Origin: a virus
Lineage: Duplodnaviria; Caudoviricetes
DNA length: 35,495 nucleotides
Reading direction: 5' to 3' (one strand)
Virus record (IMG/VR): IMGVR_UViG_3300017721_001134
Coordinates: 1 to 35,495 of that record
The position numbers and the translations under genes were made by a program. The stretch's first letter is position 1, and the number at the start of each line of letters is the position of its first letter. This document shows positions 34,630 through 35,495 of the stretch, piece after piece. Below the pieces are notes generated by a model. It worked only from the letters and a program-made list of their open reading frames with translations, did no database searches and had not been told where the DNA came from.

Positions 34630-35258
34630 TGTTGTTGTATTCCTAGACACTGTATCAACAGTTTGTCTGTATATCCTGCATTTGAAGTGGCATGTCTGGC
34701 GTAGAAGGGCATTTCTATCAAATCACCCCTTTGCCAATTAATGTCTGTGTGTCCACACTGAAAAGTATGACCAACATCACGATCAGATAAAAACCAAATG
34801 TAAAACTTTGTATCGTAGAATGTGTACTGTTCCATTTCTTTTGGATATCTATCACACCATTTATACCAAGTGTCTTCGTGTGCAGGCACAACAGATCCAG
34901 GAGACTGTATATTCATAGTGAAGTTAGGCAACTGCATGTCAAAAGAATTGCACACATCAAGTAGTGCTGTAGGCAAATCTTGCATTTCTACCATCTCTAA
35001 CTTGGTATTGCTTTTGTTGTATCCATGACCCATCATGTAATCACGCCAGTCTGCCTTACTGCCCCAATCTCTGTCTCGTAGTATGGTCCTGTCCTGCACA
35101 TTAAGAGTATCCAGATCAAAATCAGGTACATCAAAATTTCCTACCAGTCGTACACCATTATGCATCTTGTCTTGTTCAGTCTTAACCTGTTCGTAATAAC
35201 TCATAAGGTTGCGATGATAATCGCCAATTGTGTTATCTTTGAGAGTTAGTACTTCCAT
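34626..35258 (-). CDS. putative 2OG-Fe(II)/cupin-fold oxygenase
   Basis: Q.PG...P.HED...W..GD...H...NAG (HxD...H triad). Confidence 0.65.
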   Translation of the reverse strand: MEVLTLKDNTIGDYHRNLMSYYEQVKTEQDKMHNGVRLVGNFDVPDFDLDTLNVQDRTILRDRDWGSKADWRDYMMGHGYNKSNTKLEMVEMQDLPTALLDVCNSFDMQLPNFTMNIQSPGSVVPAHEDTWYKWCDRYPKEMEQYTFYDTKFYIWFLSDRDVGHTFQCGHTDINWQRGDLIEMPFYARHATSNAGYTDKLLIQCLGIQQH

Positions 35259-35485
35259 TGACTTTCAAGTTCTTTCACATAATCTAATTCAGTTTCACGA
35301 TTGTCGAATGTTGTGTAAGGTCTTTGTAGTTTTCTTGACACATGATAATCAATAAAATCATTAGTTAGAGTAATATGCAACAACAGTTCTCTGATTTCTT
35401 GTATGTCTACGTTCCTTGCTATCACTGTGGCTTGCATGGTAGGCAGTTTGTCTGATGCTTCGCATTTGCCTTCTCCTGATTCCAT
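35246..35485 (-). CDS. hypothetical protein, possibly 5'-truncated
   Basis: Frame stays open to the window end. Confidence 0.55.
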   Translation of the reverse strand: MESGEGKCEASDKLPTMQATVIARNVDIQEIRELLLHITLTNDFIDYHVSRKLQRPYTTFDNRETELDYVKELESQWKY

Positions 35486-35495
35486 ATAGGTTAAA

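Noticed and set aside
1-35495. Stop-codon reassignment
   Set aside because: Genes tile densely under the standard code; TAG ends full-length ACAD and ClpA, and TGA is used in ATGA overlaps.
1-35495. CRISPR array, tRNA, rRNA, IS element or integrase
   Set aside because: No repeat-spacer pattern, cloverleaf or transposase/integrase motif seen; after adding small ORFs there is almost no intergenic space.

Overview
AT-rich, gene-dense fragment of a large tailed phage. It looks like a T4-superfamily-like jumbo myophage, probably aquatic, with a Gram-negative host judged from its spanin pair. Most genes are on the minus strand. From start to end: (i) small basic proteins, an SGNH-like protein and a divergent metabolic pair (ferritin-like diiron protein + PimC-like acyl-CoA dehydrogenase); (ii) probable head-internal proteins, including a nuclease-like protein, an NT5C-type nucleotidase and a cytidylyltransferase-family enzyme; (iii) a ClpA/peptide deformylase/DnaJ block; (iv) a lysis cassette (GH108 endolysin, i- and o-spanins, holin candidates); (v) a DesII-like radical SAM enzyme + glycosyltransferase-like gene; (vi) PhoH, clamp loader, GroES and a stand-alone DnaE fragment; (vii) baseplate/tail genes; (viii) an IscA/SufT/SodC/UvsE stress block. 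The strongest unexplained signals: (a) 16 TAA[A/T]TA late-promoter-like motifs and 7 sigma70 promoters lie a fixed 5-6 nt before an ATG, implying pervasive leaderless translation; (b) many unrelated proteins, including enzymes, share an N-terminal M-[KR]-[IL]-x-E-[ILFV] peptide resembling the T4 capsid-targeting sequence; (c) a D-S-[ST] motif recurs across virion proteins, near sugar-modifying genes. Several small ORFs missing from the supplied track were found by reading. All family calls come from motif recognition; no database searches were run.
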